Positions 30,168-40,209 of a stretch of 64,000 nt of DNA are shown in pieces. The position numbers and the translations under genes are program-made. The stretch is from an uncultured Acidimicrobiales bacterium (GTDB lineage Bacteria; Actinomycetota; Acidimicrobiia; Acidimicrobiales; UBA10347), in NCBI GenBank assembly GCA_943788915.1, contig CALSSD010000005.1, forward strand, positions 372,001 through 436,000, read 5' to 3'. Under the pieces are notes generated by a model. It searched no databases, was not told the DNA's origin, and saw only the letters and a program-made list of their open reading frames with translations. The stretch's first letter is position 1. Each line of letters starts with the position of its first letter.

Positions 30168-31451
30168 ATGACCATGACTCACTCCGCCATACCCCCGCTC
30201 CACGCCCGCATCTCTCTGGTCGTCGCCGGACTCGCACTACTTGCCGTTGCATGTGGCGGATCCGAAGCCTCCGATCAGCTGTCCGCTGCCGACGAAGCCG
30301 CCACCGTTCCCCAGCCCACCGCGGCGGAACCAACCTCTGAACCAACCAGCGCTCCCAACCCCACTGCTGTACCTGAGCCGACAGCCGTTCCGGCACCCAC
30401 AGCTGAGCCAACACCGCAACCGTTGGTGCCGCCAGCAACCTTCACGGAGCGTGGCCCCTATGCCGTCGGTGTAACGACCCGCAGCCTCGACGATCGCGAC
30501 GTCGAAATTTGGTACCCGGTCGATCCAGAGTTGGTCGACGGGCAATCCACCGAGACGTTCGATGCGCTCACCGCGTTCCCCGAGACATTACGAGCGATCG
30601 TCCCACCCGAACTCAGCGGCGAATACGACACGCTCGCGGTCCGCGACGCAGTTGCACTGCCCGAAGCCTTCCCCGTGCTTATCTACGGACATGGGTTCGG
30701 TGGATACCGCCAGATCGCGACCCATTTCACCAGCCACCTTGCGTCGTGGGGATATGTCGTGGTCAGTGCCGATCATCTGGAACGGGGCATCGCCGAACAG
30801 ACACTTGACCTGGTCGGCAGCGGGTTATTCGATGAGTCGAACAGTCGGCCCGATGCCGCCGTCGACGATGTACTCAACACCATCGAGCTACTCGGAGTGC
30901 TCTCGACTGAGGGGCCGCTTGCTGGCACAATGGACCTCGATCGGCTCGCCATCAGCGGTCACTCAGCCGGCGCATGGGCGGCCGTCCAGTCCGCCGCTGC
31001 CGATCCTGATCGCATCGATGGTTGGATCAGCATCTCTGGAGGCACTCGCGATGGACTTGCACTCAGCCAGCCCGGCCTGATCGTGATCGGTGAACTCGAT
31101 GCCGTCGTGCCCGCCGAACGAAGTTACGAACTGTTCGAGACAGCCGGTGTCGCCCTATCACTGCTGAACATCCAGGGTGCCGGTCACAACTCCTTCACCG
31201 ATCCTTGCCGAGGGATCGCCGATCTCGGAGGCCTGGGCGCGCTTACTGCGTTACTCGGCGAGGAACAGGTCGCCCGAGCTGAGGATGGCTGCACCTCAGG
31301 TGCAACTGAACCCGAGATCGCACAAGCAATGGTCAACCATGTAACCGTGGCATGGCTCAACACGTTGTTCGACATCTCGATGACCGGCGACCCACTCGCT
31401 GTCGAAGTTGTGGCCGGGCTCGGGCCGCTTGAGGACTATCGGCCCAACTAA
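30168..31451 (+). CDS. Lipoprotein alpha/beta hydrolase (chlorophyllase/dienelactone hydrolase-like)
   Basis: Lipobox LAVAC, P/T/E-rich linker, HGFGG, GHSAG nucleophile elbow, D..V and GHNSF. Confidence 0.85.
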   Translation: MTMTHSAIPPLHARISLVVAGLALLAVACGGSEASDQLSAADEAATVPQPTAAEPTSEPTSAPNPTAVPEPTAVPAPTAEPTPQPLVPPATFTERGPYAVGVTTRSLDDRDVEIWYPVDPELVDGQSTETFDALTAFPETLRAIVPPELSGEYDTLAVRDAVALPEAFPVLIYGHGFGGYRQIATHFTSHLASWGYVVVSADHLERGIAEQTLDLVGSGLFDESNSRPDAAVDDVLNTIELLGVLSTEGPLAGTMDLDRLAISGHSAGAWAAVQSAAADPDRIDGWISISGGTRDGLALSQPGLIVIGELDAVVPAERSYELFETAGVALSLLNIQGAGHNSFTDPCRGIADLGGLGALTALLGEEQVARAEDGCTSGATEPEIAQAMVNHVTVAWLNTLFDISMTGDPLAVEVVAGLGPLEDYRPN

Positions 31452-31523
31452 CGCGCATCGTTCGTTACCGGTTCTCGGCCGCTTCGGTTTGGTCCAGTTT
31501 GGAAGACCGGCTTGAGTGGAGTC

Positions 31524-32315
31524 ATGCCTCTTGTTGAAGCAACACCAGATCATCCCGTGCGGGTCGAAGTCAACGACGGCATCGGCACGCTGACGATGCA
31601 CCGTCCCGAGGCCCGCAATGCGATCAACCCGGCCATGCGACGGGCGCTTCGTTCATCGCTCGCAGAGTTCGAAGCCAGCGATGACGTGCAGGTGATGATC
31701 TTGACAGGCACCGATCCGGCGTTCACCGCCGGCCTCGACCTGAAGATGATCGGCGATGACCGCACCAGCCTGTTGAGCGAAACCCCGATCGGCAGCTCCA
31801 ACCCATTTCCGTCTCGGACCAAACCGCTGATCGGAGCGATCAACGGGGTGGCTATCACCGGCGGCTTCGAGCTTGCACTCAACTGCGACTTCCTCATCGC
31901 TTCAGAACATGCCCGGTTCGCGGACACTCACGCTCGTGTTGGCGTCATGCCCGGTTGGGGGCTGACCGCGCTTCTCGCCGATGCCGTCGGCCGAACTCGA
32001 GCACGGCAGATCTCGCTCACCGGCAACTTCGTGACTGCGGATCAGGCACTGCACTGGGGCCTGGTCAACGAGGTCGTCGCCCACCCCCAACTCATGGGCC
32101 GCACCCGAGAAATCGCGGCAGCGATTGTCGACAACGACCAACTTGGCGTGCGCCAGATGCTGGCAACCTATGCGAGCCAGGAAGCCGAAGCACTCAGCCC
32201 GATGTGGGATCTGGAATCAGCTGGCTCAGCAGACTTCGGAAAAGCGACAACGCCGGGCGCAGATGTTGCAGCCCGGCGTGAATCGATTATGGAGCGGGGT
32301 CGAGCCCAGCTCTGA
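31524..32315 (+). CDS. Enoyl-CoA hydratase
   Basis: RPEARNAIN, FTAGLDLK, GGFELALNCD and FADTHARVG motifs. Confidence 0.92.
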   Translation: MPLVEATPDHPVRVEVNDGIGTLTMHRPEARNAINPAMRRALRSSLAEFEASDDVQVMILTGTDPAFTAGLDLKMIGDDRTSLLSETPIGSSNPFPSRTKPLIGAINGVAITGGFELALNCDFLIASEHARFADTHARVGVMPGWGLTALLADAVGRTRARQISLTGNFVTADQALHWGLVNEVVAHPQLMGRTREIAAAIVDNDQLGVRQMLATYASQEAEALSPMWDLESAGSADFGKATTPGADVAARRESIMERGRAQL

Positions 32316-32365
32316 GAGTTCCGGCTCTGAGAGTTCCGGCTCTGAGAGTTCCGGCTCTGAGAGTT
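32309..32365. repeat. 15-bp tandem repeat x3.8 (gctctgagagttccg)
   Basis: Read directly; runs from the stop of one convergent gene to the stop of the other. Confidence 0.92.
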
Positions 32366-32654
32366 ATTGAGCGATCTGACCAATGACCATCTGTGGTTGC
32401 ACGTTGGTGTAGTTCGGAACATCGCCCATGATGGCAGCGCCGTGTTCCTGGAGTGCCTTGTCGAGTGCTTCTTGGCTTTCGACGTTGGCCCAGCCAATGG
32501 CTGCCCACGCGCCAGCGCCAACAGTCGAAGCGCCCCAACCCTTGCACGCGTCGCCTAGGGCGTCGGCAAGCATGGGCATATGGGTTGCGCAGTAGTAGTC
32601 CATGTCGAACGTGGAGTCATCGGTCTTTGGGTACAAGATGTGAACAGAGATCAT
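32364..32654 (-). CDS. EthD-family reductase
   Basis: ISVHILYP..FDMDYY..HMP..DVPNYTNVQP. Confidence 0.88.
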   Translation of the reverse strand: MISVHILYPKTDDSTFDMDYYCATHMPMLADALGDACKGWGASTVGAGAWAAIGWANVESQEALDKALQEHGAAIMGDVPNYTNVQPQMVIGQIAQ

Positions 32655-32879
32655 TCTCGAATTGTGCCACAACACCGAGGTCATTGCCTAGGCCTCTCAA
32701 AAAGTGCTTCACGCTCAGCCCGGTCGCTGATATCAGGGTCGGCACCTTGGGTCCAGAAGGGGTTATCTCCAGCGTGATTGATCATGGCCCGCTTGCAGCA
32801 GCCGTCCCCACAGGCCACGATTGAGGCAAACAACCAAGCCGCACGAACGCGCAAGTCACATAACTACCTAGGGGACGAC

Positions 32880-33293
32880 GTGAGCATCGACGAAACAACA
32901 GCCACCACCAACGATGAACTATTGGTGCAACACTTGGCCGACGCCACGTTCGGCAAGATCGGCCGTCGAACCTTCTTCGACTACCGAGACACCGGACTCG
33001 AAGCAGCGACCAACGGCAAGTACCGGGCCAAGGTCATGAAGGCCACCGATGTCATGGAAGACACCGGCTGGCATTACCACGTGTGTGATCTGCAGTTCGT
33101 TTACGTGCTTAAGGGCTGGGTCGACCTCGAATTCGAAGGTGGACGAGTCGAACGCCTCGCCGAAGGAGCTTCGTTGGCAATACCCGGCGGCCTGATCCAC
33201 AACGAGATCGGCATGTCCGAAGACTACGAAGCACTCGAGGTCGCCTCGCCTGCAGACATGGGAACCGTTCCGGTTGACGCGCCGACCACATGA
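32880..33293 (+). CDS. Cupin domain protein
   Basis: YRDTG..AT.G, TGWHYH..QFVYVLKGW and HNE motifs; GTG start after agggga. Confidence 0.85.
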   Translation: MSIDETTATTNDELLVQHLADATFGKIGRRTFFDYRDTGLEAATNGKYRAKVMKATDVMEDTGWHYHVCDLQFVYVLKGWVDLEFEGGRVERLAEGASLAIPGGLIHNEIGMSEDYEALEVASPADMGTVPVDAPTT

Positions 33294-33676
33294 GTCGTCG
33301 GGTCACGATCACGTTCGACGCGATCGACCCACCGACCATTGCTGACTTCTGGGCAGCCGCTTTGGGTTACGCAACAAACGACTCATACGGCGCAGACCAG
33401 AGCGATATCGCGGTAGCCGAGGACCCAGACGGCCCTGGCCCTCGGCTGCTGTTCTTGAGAGTTCCCGAAGCTAAGGCAACAAAGAACCGCGTACACCTCG
33501 ATGTCCACTGCGGCATCGACCGCACCGGCGCTTCACTCGAAGATCATCAGGCAGCAATCGCAACGGTGGTCGCGGAACTCACATCTCTAGGAGCGGTCGA
33601 AGGAGCGCACTTCGTTGAAGTCACCCCATGGACCGTGATGACCGACCCCGAAGGTAATGAGTTCTGCGTGGTGTAA
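33290..33676 (+). CDS. VOC (glyoxalase-like) family protein
   Basis: FWAAALGY, VPE.K..KNRVHLDV and DPEGNEFCV motifs. Confidence 0.92.
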   Translation: MSRRVTITFDAIDPPTIADFWAAALGYATNDSYGADQSDIAVAEDPDGPGPRLLFLRVPEAKATKNRVHLDVHCGIDRTGASLEDHQAAIATVVAELTSLGAVEGAHFVEVTPWTVMTDPEGNEFCVV

Positions 33677-33709
33677 GTCGCTGCGAGACCTACGGCGTGG
33701 AGAGCGTTG

Positions 33710-35392
33710 TTATGACCGGAGCGTGGTTCCAGCGAAGGCGCCGGTGTGTTCGCCATGGTCCATGAAGACCTGCCCGTTCACGATCGTGTAGTCGTAGCCG
33801 CTTGCGCCCTGGATGTAGCGGCCTGCGCCGTTCGGAAAGTCAAAGACGTACTCGGGCTGCGGTAGTCGCAGGTTGTCGAAGTCGATCACGTTGACGTCGG
33901 CGTATGCGCCTTCGACCAGACGACCGCGGCCCTTGATGCCGAACAGGTCGGCGGTGTCAGAGGTCAGGCGGCGGATCGCTTCTTCGAGCTTCCACCGTTG
34001 TTTCTCACGCACCCAATAGGTCAGGTAGAAGGTCGGCTGACTCGAGTCCATGATCTGGCCCACGTGAGCACCAGCATCGGCGAGCCCCAGGCTGACCATT
34101 GGGTCGTCGAGCATCTCTTGGACCGAATCGAGGCTCTCGTTCAGGATCGGGTAGTTCAGATTGAGCGTGCCTCCGCTGGCGATGCAGCGGTCCAGGAAGA
34201 GCTCGACTGGTGCCACACCAGCGCGGTCGGCCTCGGCCTGCAAGCTGTCTTCGGGACGGCAGTCGTAACGAGCGTCGCCGTCGGGGAAGATCCACAACTT
34301 GTCGGCCGCTGCCGCAAGATCGGCCGCCAGGAAGTCAGCACGGCGGTTGGGATCCGAGATCGCGGCCAGGCGATCGCCTGCTGGCATGTCGAAGACCTGT
34401 TTCCACGCCGCGTTCCGGAACGGCAGCCGGTTGGCCAGGTTGTAGATCACACCAATGCCCCGACATGTGGTTTGTGGCCGAACGTTGGCCCCGGCTTGGT
34501 TTTCTTCCCGGGTGAATTCGACGACCTTGCGGAACAGGTCAGGGCGTCGATTGCTCGATACCAGGCCGAAGCTGACAGGGCGACCGCTGCGTCGGGACAC
34601 CTCGCCCATCCACGCGACCTCGGCCCGGGTCTTCGGCAGATGTTCTTCTCGGTCCCGCTCACCCAAGCGGGCAGCGGCTTCGAAGATGCCTTTGCCGTGT
34701 TTGCCGAGCACATCACCAAACGCAAGCAGTTCGCTTTCGTCGGCGAACGTGCCCGGTACCTGGCGGCCATCGGGTACCACATGCAGCAGCGTGCGCGACG
34801 TGGAGAAGCCAAGCGCGCCGGCACCGATTGCTTCGTCGACCATGTCGACCATGGCCGCGATGTCTTCGGCCGACGAAGGCGTTTCGTCCATGCCCCGTTC
34901 GCCCATGGCAGCAAGCCGAACCGCGGAGTGGCCGACCATGCCACCAACATTGATGCCCTTGTCGGTGCGATCGACCCACTGCAAATACTCGCCGTAGGTA
35001 GACCAGTCCCACGGCAGGCCTTCGAGGATGGCGCGCTGGGGGATGTCTTCGACGCTCTCCATCATCTCGGCAAGCACTTCAGCGCCGCCGGGGGCGACCG
35101 GAGCGAAGGTCACGCCGCAGTTGCCAAGCACGGCGCTGGTGATGCCGTGCCAGCAGCTCGAGGTCTGGATGGGATCCCATGCAATCTGCGCGTCGAGATG
35201 GGTGTGAATGTCGACGAAACCCGGTGTCACGATGCGGCCATCGGCGTCGATTTCGCGTGTGCCAGAGTCACCGACCTTGTCGGCAATCTCGGTGATCACA
35301 CCGTCGGTGACCGCTACGTCGGCATGACGAGCTGGCGCCCCGGTGCCATCGATCACACTGCCATTTCGAATCACGATGTCTGGCTTACCCAC
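33710..35392 (-). CDS. N-acyl-D-amino-acid deacylase family amidohydrolase
   Basis: VIDGTGAP, PGFVDIHTHLD, GNCGVTFAP and DAGAH motifs. Confidence 0.92.
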   Translation of the reverse strand: MGKPDIVIRNGSVIDGTGAPARHADVAVTDGVITEIADKVGDSGTREIDADGRIVTPGFVDIHTHLDAQIAWDPIQTSSCWHGITSAVLGNCGVTFAPVAPGGAEVLAEMMESVEDIPQRAILEGLPWDWSTYGEYLQWVDRTDKGINVGGMVGHSAVRLAAMGERGMDETPSSAEDIAAMVDMVDEAIGAGALGFSTSRTLLHVVPDGRQVPGTFADESELLAFGDVLGKHGKGIFEAAARLGERDREEHLPKTRAEVAWMGEVSRRSGRPVSFGLVSSNRRPDLFRKVVEFTREENQAGANVRPQTTCRGIGVIYNLANRLPFRNAAWKQVFDMPAGDRLAAISDPNRRADFLAADLAAAADKLWIFPDGDARYDCRPEDSLQAEADRAGVAPVELFLDRCIASGGTLNLNYPILNESLDSVQEMLDDPMVSLGLADAGAHVGQIMDSSQPTFYLTYWVREKQRWKLEEAIRRLTSDTADLFGIKGRGRLVEGAYADVNVIDFDNLRLPQPEYVFDFPNGAGRYIQGASGYDYTIVNGQVFMDHGEHTGAFAGTTLRS

Positions 35393-35472
35393 GAGTTTCC
35401 CCTTTTTGGTTGGGTCCGTCCTCAGTCTGCATCACCGCCTGATGAAGAAGGAAACCGAGTAAAACGTTTGTC

Positions 35473-36054
35473 ATGGCCGAGCGCGTGATCTGGGAACGAA
35501 CTGTGGATCAGAACAAGATCCGTGAACGAAGCGATCGCTTCCGTAAACGTTTCTTCCCGGCAGCCGGATTGATCCTGCTGATCGTGCTGGTATTTACCGG
35601 ATGGCAGAACGCCATCGGCGCGCTGTTTGTGGTTGGCCTGGTCGGCATGGTGTGGGGAAACATGGTTCGTTACCAGTCGCTCAGTGATGCCGCCAATCCA
35701 GTGATGACAGTCACCGACGGCAGGCTCAAGCTTGGCGACCGCACCGTGATCATCGAAGACGTCAAACGGTTCACCACGATCGCCACATCGCTCCAGACCA
35801 GCCTGTTTGGCCGCCACAGTCGCATCCACTTGGGCAAGGCGATCTTTCGCATGGACAAGCCGGGTTCACGCGGTGGACCCGATCTCGTCGAGTTCGGCTG
35901 GCCGAACATGACCGAAGAAGGAGTTGCCACCGTTCACTTGGCGCTCGAGGCCGAGCTCGATGGCAAATGGGTGGCACCGGGAGACATGGTCGACGACGGC
36001 GAAGTGCCAAAACGGACCCGTCGGCCGCGGCTCCGCGACAGCCGCCGCTCGTAG
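35473..36054 (+). CDS. Hypothetical membrane protein (2 TM plus soluble domain)
   Basis: Clean ORF filling the gap, with a hydrophobic hairpin near the N-terminus. Confidence 0.65.
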   Translation: MAERVIWERTVDQNKIRERSDRFRKRFFPAAGLILLIVLVFTGWQNAIGALFVVGLVGMVWGNMVRYQSLSDAANPVMTVTDGRLKLGDRTVIIEDVKRFTTIATSLQTSLFGRHSRIHLGKAIFRMDKPGSRGGPDLVEFGWPNMTEEGVATVHLALEAELDGKWVAPGDMVDDGEVPKRTRRPRLRDSRRS

Positions 36055-36085
36055 AAGCAGTCGCCCGCAGAGCCGATCAAGCTGG

Positions 36086-36967
36086 TCAGCTCGGTTCGCC
36101 CAGCACGACCACACCGTCCTTCACGGCGGGATCGCCAGCTTCGTTCAACACTTCGAACGGAACGAGTTGACCGTTAGGATCGTCAACGGCGGGCCATACC
36201 CGCACGGTCATCGACGACGGAAGCAGCACCATCGCCGCGAACCGGCAGGTGATTCGACGTACGAGTTCGGGTCGGCTTTCGGCACGATGCGCAACAACCG
36301 CAGACACGCCGTGCGCCAGATTCGCGGTGCCATGAAGAATGATGTCGGGCAACCCAGAGGCCAGAGCCACCGCCTTGTCCGTATGGATTGGATTCCAGAT
36401 CCGGGCGCATTCGGTATAGGTGTGGGCGGCACCCGCAGCCACCGGCACCGAGATCTCCAGCGGTTCGCCGACTCGATCGACGACGAGGGGGTCTGGCCGA
36501 TTCGGGTCCGGCCGATCCTCGCCGATCGCCTGCTGCGCTAGGTAGATGCCGTCTTGGGTGGTGGTGGTCACCAGCGCACCGTGCTGGTCGACGGTCGTGA
36601 GTCGAGTCGTCGACTTTGCTCCCGGCTTGATCTGGACCATGCCCACGAGTTCAAGCGATGTGGTCAACCGATCGCCAGGCCGGATCAGTCGATGAATCGT
36701 CGTGTCATGAGTGGCATGAATCGACGTAAGTACCTCGGCGGGCGACACGCCGTGCCCGAGGCTCAGGTCTCTCGATGCAACGATCACTGGCCACTCTGGG
36801 CACACAGCAAACGCCGGATGGGCGACAACCCCATTCGGCCTGGTCGTGTCCAGGTAGTCCGGCAAGTAGTCGTCGAGTGACGCGGCGTACGCCATCGTCC
36901 ACCGTTCGTCGACCTGATGGTCTATGCCATCAACGCGCATGCCAACCTGGGATGTTGAAATCACCAT
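36086..36967 (-). CDS. MaoC-type double hot-dog dehydratase
   Basis: MAYAASL, IWNPIHTD..A...GLPDIILHG and CRFAAMV motifs. Confidence 0.85.
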   Translation of the reverse strand: MVISTSQVGMRVDGIDHQVDERWTMAYAASLDDYLPDYLDTTRPNGVVAHPAFAVCPEWPVIVASRDLSLGHGVSPAEVLTSIHATHDTTIHRLIRPGDRLTTSLELVGMVQIKPGAKSTTRLTTVDQHGALVTTTTQDGIYLAQQAIGEDRPDPNRPDPLVVDRVGEPLEISVPVAAGAAHTYTECARIWNPIHTDKAVALASGLPDIILHGTANLAHGVSAVVAHRAESRPELVRRITCRFAAMVLLPSSMTVRVWPAVDDPNGQLVPFEVLNEAGDPAVKDGVVVLGEPS

Positions 36968-37050
36968 GCTCTCGGTTTAGCGCACCAGAATGGTCCAAGA
37001 GAATCCTGGACTGGACCCCGACGTGGACAGCACGTTCCGGCAGGGCGTGA

Positions 37051-37330
37051 GTGCTCATGGTTTTCCACATCACCATCGCTGCGATTGCCGGTCGGAATGC
37101 TGGCGGGCTCACCGGCCACGCAGGATCGACGAGCCCGCGACGTTTAGCCATCATCGGCCGGTGGCACATCCAAGAGTCGTTCCGTCGCAAGGACAGCGCT
37201 GTCGGCATCGTGCTTCCGCACTCCAACGACGCCTATGTCATCGAAGATGGCAAGTGAGAGTTCACCAACCGCAAGCTCGTTCGTAACTACCACGGCGCGC
37301 CCGATTTGAGCGACGAGTTTCTGACACCGA
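37051..37330 (+). pseudogene. Remnant of a SnoaL-like / NTF2-family gene
   Basis: IIGRWHIQE...NDAYVIEDGK*EFTNRKLVRNYHGAPDLS. The TGA at 37255-37257 sits where the family has Trp; the N-terminus is eroded. Confidence 0.55.
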
Positions 37331-37355
37331 TCGTCGCTGCGCAAGACTCTCCGCC

Positions 37356-38878
37356 ATGCCTGAATTTGCCGCTGCACTTGCGGCCGCCGACCCCCACGCC
37401 GTTGCGCTTGCGGACCACTACCGCGACCTGACCTGGACCGAGGTCAACGACACCTTGAACCGGTGTGCAAACCTGCTGCTCGCCATGGACCTCGGACCGA
37501 AGCGTCGAGTATCGATCTTCGCCGAGAACGCTGGCGAAACCGCACTGGCCCACCTTGGCGGTCTGCTCGCCGGATGCTCAACAGTGCCGGTGAACTTCCA
37601 CCTCACGGCCGAAGAAGCCGCCTACATCGTGAGCGACAGCGAGTCGCAAGTGATCTTCTGCGACGAGTCCACAGTTTCTCGAGCCCAGCACGCGGCAACC
37701 GAAGCCGGCGTGGAAACCGTGATCATGTGGGGCGACGACGTTCCCGCTGGCGTGCAGTCATGGACTTCCTGGTTAGAGGCCGGAAGCCCCGAACATCCCC
37801 CGATGGATGTCATCCCGCTGCCCAACCTGCTGTACACATCGGGCACTACCGGGCTTCCCAAAGGGACTGAACTTCCGCCCACCATGTTCGCTGGCGGCGG
37901 CAATATGGCCGAACACCTTGCCGGGTTGAAGAAGAACGGTCTCGCAGGTTTTGGCACCCACCTGTGGTCGGCCCCATGTACCACACCGGCCCGCTCAGCG
38001 GCATGCGTCTGCTTGTTGCCGGCGTCTCATCGGTCATCCGCGGCCGCTTCGATGCCGAAGCCACACTTGCCGCGATCGACAAATACAAGACGGCGACCAC
38101 CGTGATGGTGCCCACCCATTTCGTGCGCTTGTTGGCCCTGCCCGACGAGGTCAAGGCCAAGTACGACGTGTCGTCGATGAAGCTCATCGCCCACACCGGC
38201 GCCAAGTGCCCAATCGACGTCAAGCGCCAGATGATCGAATGGTTCGGCCCGGTCTTCCGCGACTCCTACGGCGCAAGCGAGGTCGGCACGACATGCACGA
38301 TTTCCAGCGAAGAATGGCTCGAGTATCCAGGTTCGGTCGGCAAAGCGATTTCTCCCTTCGTTGCCATGATCTTGGACGACGACAACAACGAGCTGCCGCC
38401 AAATACCGAGGGCCGGTTGTACTTCAAGGACGAAACCGGCCGAGGAGTCGTCTATCCGAACGACCCGGAAAAGACAGCCGCAGCCCACATAGCCCCAGGT
38501 GTCTTCACGCTCGGCGAGATCGCTTACATGAACGAACAAGGCTACGTGTACTTGACCGACCGGTTCAGCGACATGGTCGTGTCCGGCGGCGCGAACATCT
38601 ACCCCGCCGAGGCGGAACTCATCCTGATCGACCATCCCCAGATCGCCGATGTCGCCTGCATCGGCGTGCCCGACGCCGACATGGGCGAATCGCTCAAGGC
38701 ACTAGTTATTCCTACTGATAGAGACAACCTTCCCGACGAAGCTGCCATTATCTCCTGGTGCAAGGAACGACTGACCTCCTACAAGTGCCCGCGGTCAGTT
38801 GACATCGTCGACTCCGTCGGCCGAAACACCATGGGCAAGATCAACAAACGCAAACTCCGCGCACCTTTCTGGGCGTAG
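37356..38878 (+). CDS. AMP-binding acyl-CoA synthetase (one frameshift near 37963)
   Basis: ORF 37356 (YTSGTTGLPKG..GTHL) continues as VGPMYHTGPL..SYGASE..GKINKRKLR in the next frame. One added G restores HLVVGPMYH. Confidence 0.88.
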
Positions 38879-38968
38879 CTCCTGCAAAAGACCTCGACCT
38901 CAGCATTGTTGACGTCGCCCAGGTCTTCGCTCCAATCGCCATTGAGCAGCAGTTGGTGAACTGGCACG

Positions 38969-39243
38969 CTGCTCGCGGGGAAGATCCTTGGTTTGTGTGC
39001 CTTGGCTGTAGTGCAGCTGACGCTGATCGTGGCCGGCCTGGTCGCTGCACTACTCGTGACCAAGGTCGTCGACGTGCCGGCTTCGGTATGAAACCGCCGT
39101 GGCACTTGGGCTGCTCGCTCTCGGCGTTTTCTTGCTGTTCAAGCTCGCAAGCCGGGTCTACGAATTCACCTTGCTCCGCACGGGGGTCTCGTGTCGGTTG
39201 GGGTGAACTGATCCGGCTCAGCCGTGGCAGCGTCAGCGACTGA
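38969..39243 (+). pseudogene. Collapsed remnant of an ABC-2 type permease (NatB/YhaP-like)
   Basis: Manual translation: LLAGKILGLCALAVVQL..VDVPASV*, then ALGLLALGVFLLFKLASRVYEFTLLRTG / SRVGWGELIRL..*. These match middle and C-terminal family signatures, with the intervening part deleted. Confidence 0.65.
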
Positions 39244-39279
39244 GTGAACCTTGATGAGCAAGTGAAGATCGCCTGAACC

Positions 39280-40137
39280 ATGCCGCTAACGTCGTCCAGC
39301 GATATGGGTACACCGATGACCACGGCCGAATTCCTAGGACTTACTGCGCAGGCAGATGGAACGCACGCACTCAACATGACTAACCAACTCCTCGGCGGTG
39401 GGTCGGGTTCTTTGTTTGGCGGCGTAGGCCTTGCTGCGGGGCTCATCGCGCTTGAGGCTGCAACCGGCCAGGCTCCGGTCTACATGACCTGTCAGTTCGC
39501 ATCGACGATCTCGCCGCCGGATGAGTTGGTGATACACACCGAAATCTTGGCGAAGGGTCGCACCGCGTGCCAGGGGCGTCTGACCGGAACAAGTGGGGAC
39601 CGAACGATCTTGGCGTTGCTCGGGGCCACGGGTGATCGCCGTGAAGACCTGCGCGGTATCTGGCGCACCATGCCCGAGGTCGCACCACCCGAAGCGTGTG
39701 AGCCATTGCAGCGCACCCAAGACAGCGACTCGTTCCATGATCATGCTGAGGTCCGTATGGCCCGGGGCATGTTCGGCTTCGCTCCCGAAGACGCGATCGG
39801 ACGCGGTACCGCCAGCGGCGATGCCACGACCCTGTTCTGGACGCGCATGCCAAACGTTTCCCATGACGCCGCGGCACTTGCGCTGATGGCCGACTATCTG
39901 CCATCGGCCGTCGGCAACTCGCTCGACAAACGAACCTACTGCTCTAGCTTGGACAACACGATTCGTTTCGTCGAACCCGTCGAGCCCGATGCCTCGAGCG
40001 AGTGGCTGTTGTGTGAAAGCCACATCGAATTTATCGCTGCGGGGTTCGCCACCAGTCAAGGTTTCATCTGGCGCCGAGATGGCACACTGCTTGCATCGGC
40101 GAATCAATCCATGACCGCAGCGATCCCTCGCGAGTAG
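39280..40137 (+). CDS. Acyl-CoA thioesterase (TesB-like double hot-dog)
   Basis: LFGG..LAA, LMADY, SLDNTIRF and DGTLLASANQS motifs; start uncertain (39280, 39304 or 39316). Confidence 0.82.
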   Translation: MPLTSSSDMGTPMTTAEFLGLTAQADGTHALNMTNQLLGGGSGSLFGGVGLAAGLIALEAATGQAPVYMTCQFASTISPPDELVIHTEILAKGRTACQGRLTGTSGDRTILALLGATGDRREDLRGIWRTMPEVAPPEACEPLQRTQDSDSFHDHAEVRMARGMFGFAPEDAIGRGTASGDATTLFWTRMPNVSHDAAALALMADYLPSAVGNSLDKRTYCSSLDNTIRFVEPVEPDASSEWLLCESHIEFIAAGFATSQGFIWRRDGTLLASANQSMTAAIPRE

Positions 40138-40209
40138 ATCCGACCGGCCGATCACGATCTGGCCGAACACGATTTGACGGTGGTCGGCTGAGCGGTGAAG
40201 GCTCGGATC

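Noticed and set aside
32309..32365. SESSG peptide-repeat ORF (32125-32370) as a RiPP precursor
   Set aside because: It is an out-of-frame shadow of the hydratase gene running through a DNA minisatellite.
33998..35488. Long + strand ORF of 496 aa (and similar ones at 455-1474, 17151-18113, 26176-27102)
   Set aside because: Antisense shadows of well-supported genes, as expected in high-GC DNA.
37255..37257. In-frame TGA at Trp positions (also 39089) as recoding or selenocysteine
   Set aside because: Both lie in otherwise eroded remnants, TGA is a normal stop across the window, and I saw no SECIS-like stem.
37955..37970. Programmed frameshift in the acyl-CoA synthetase
   Set aside because: No slippery heptamer; a single missing G is the simpler explanation.
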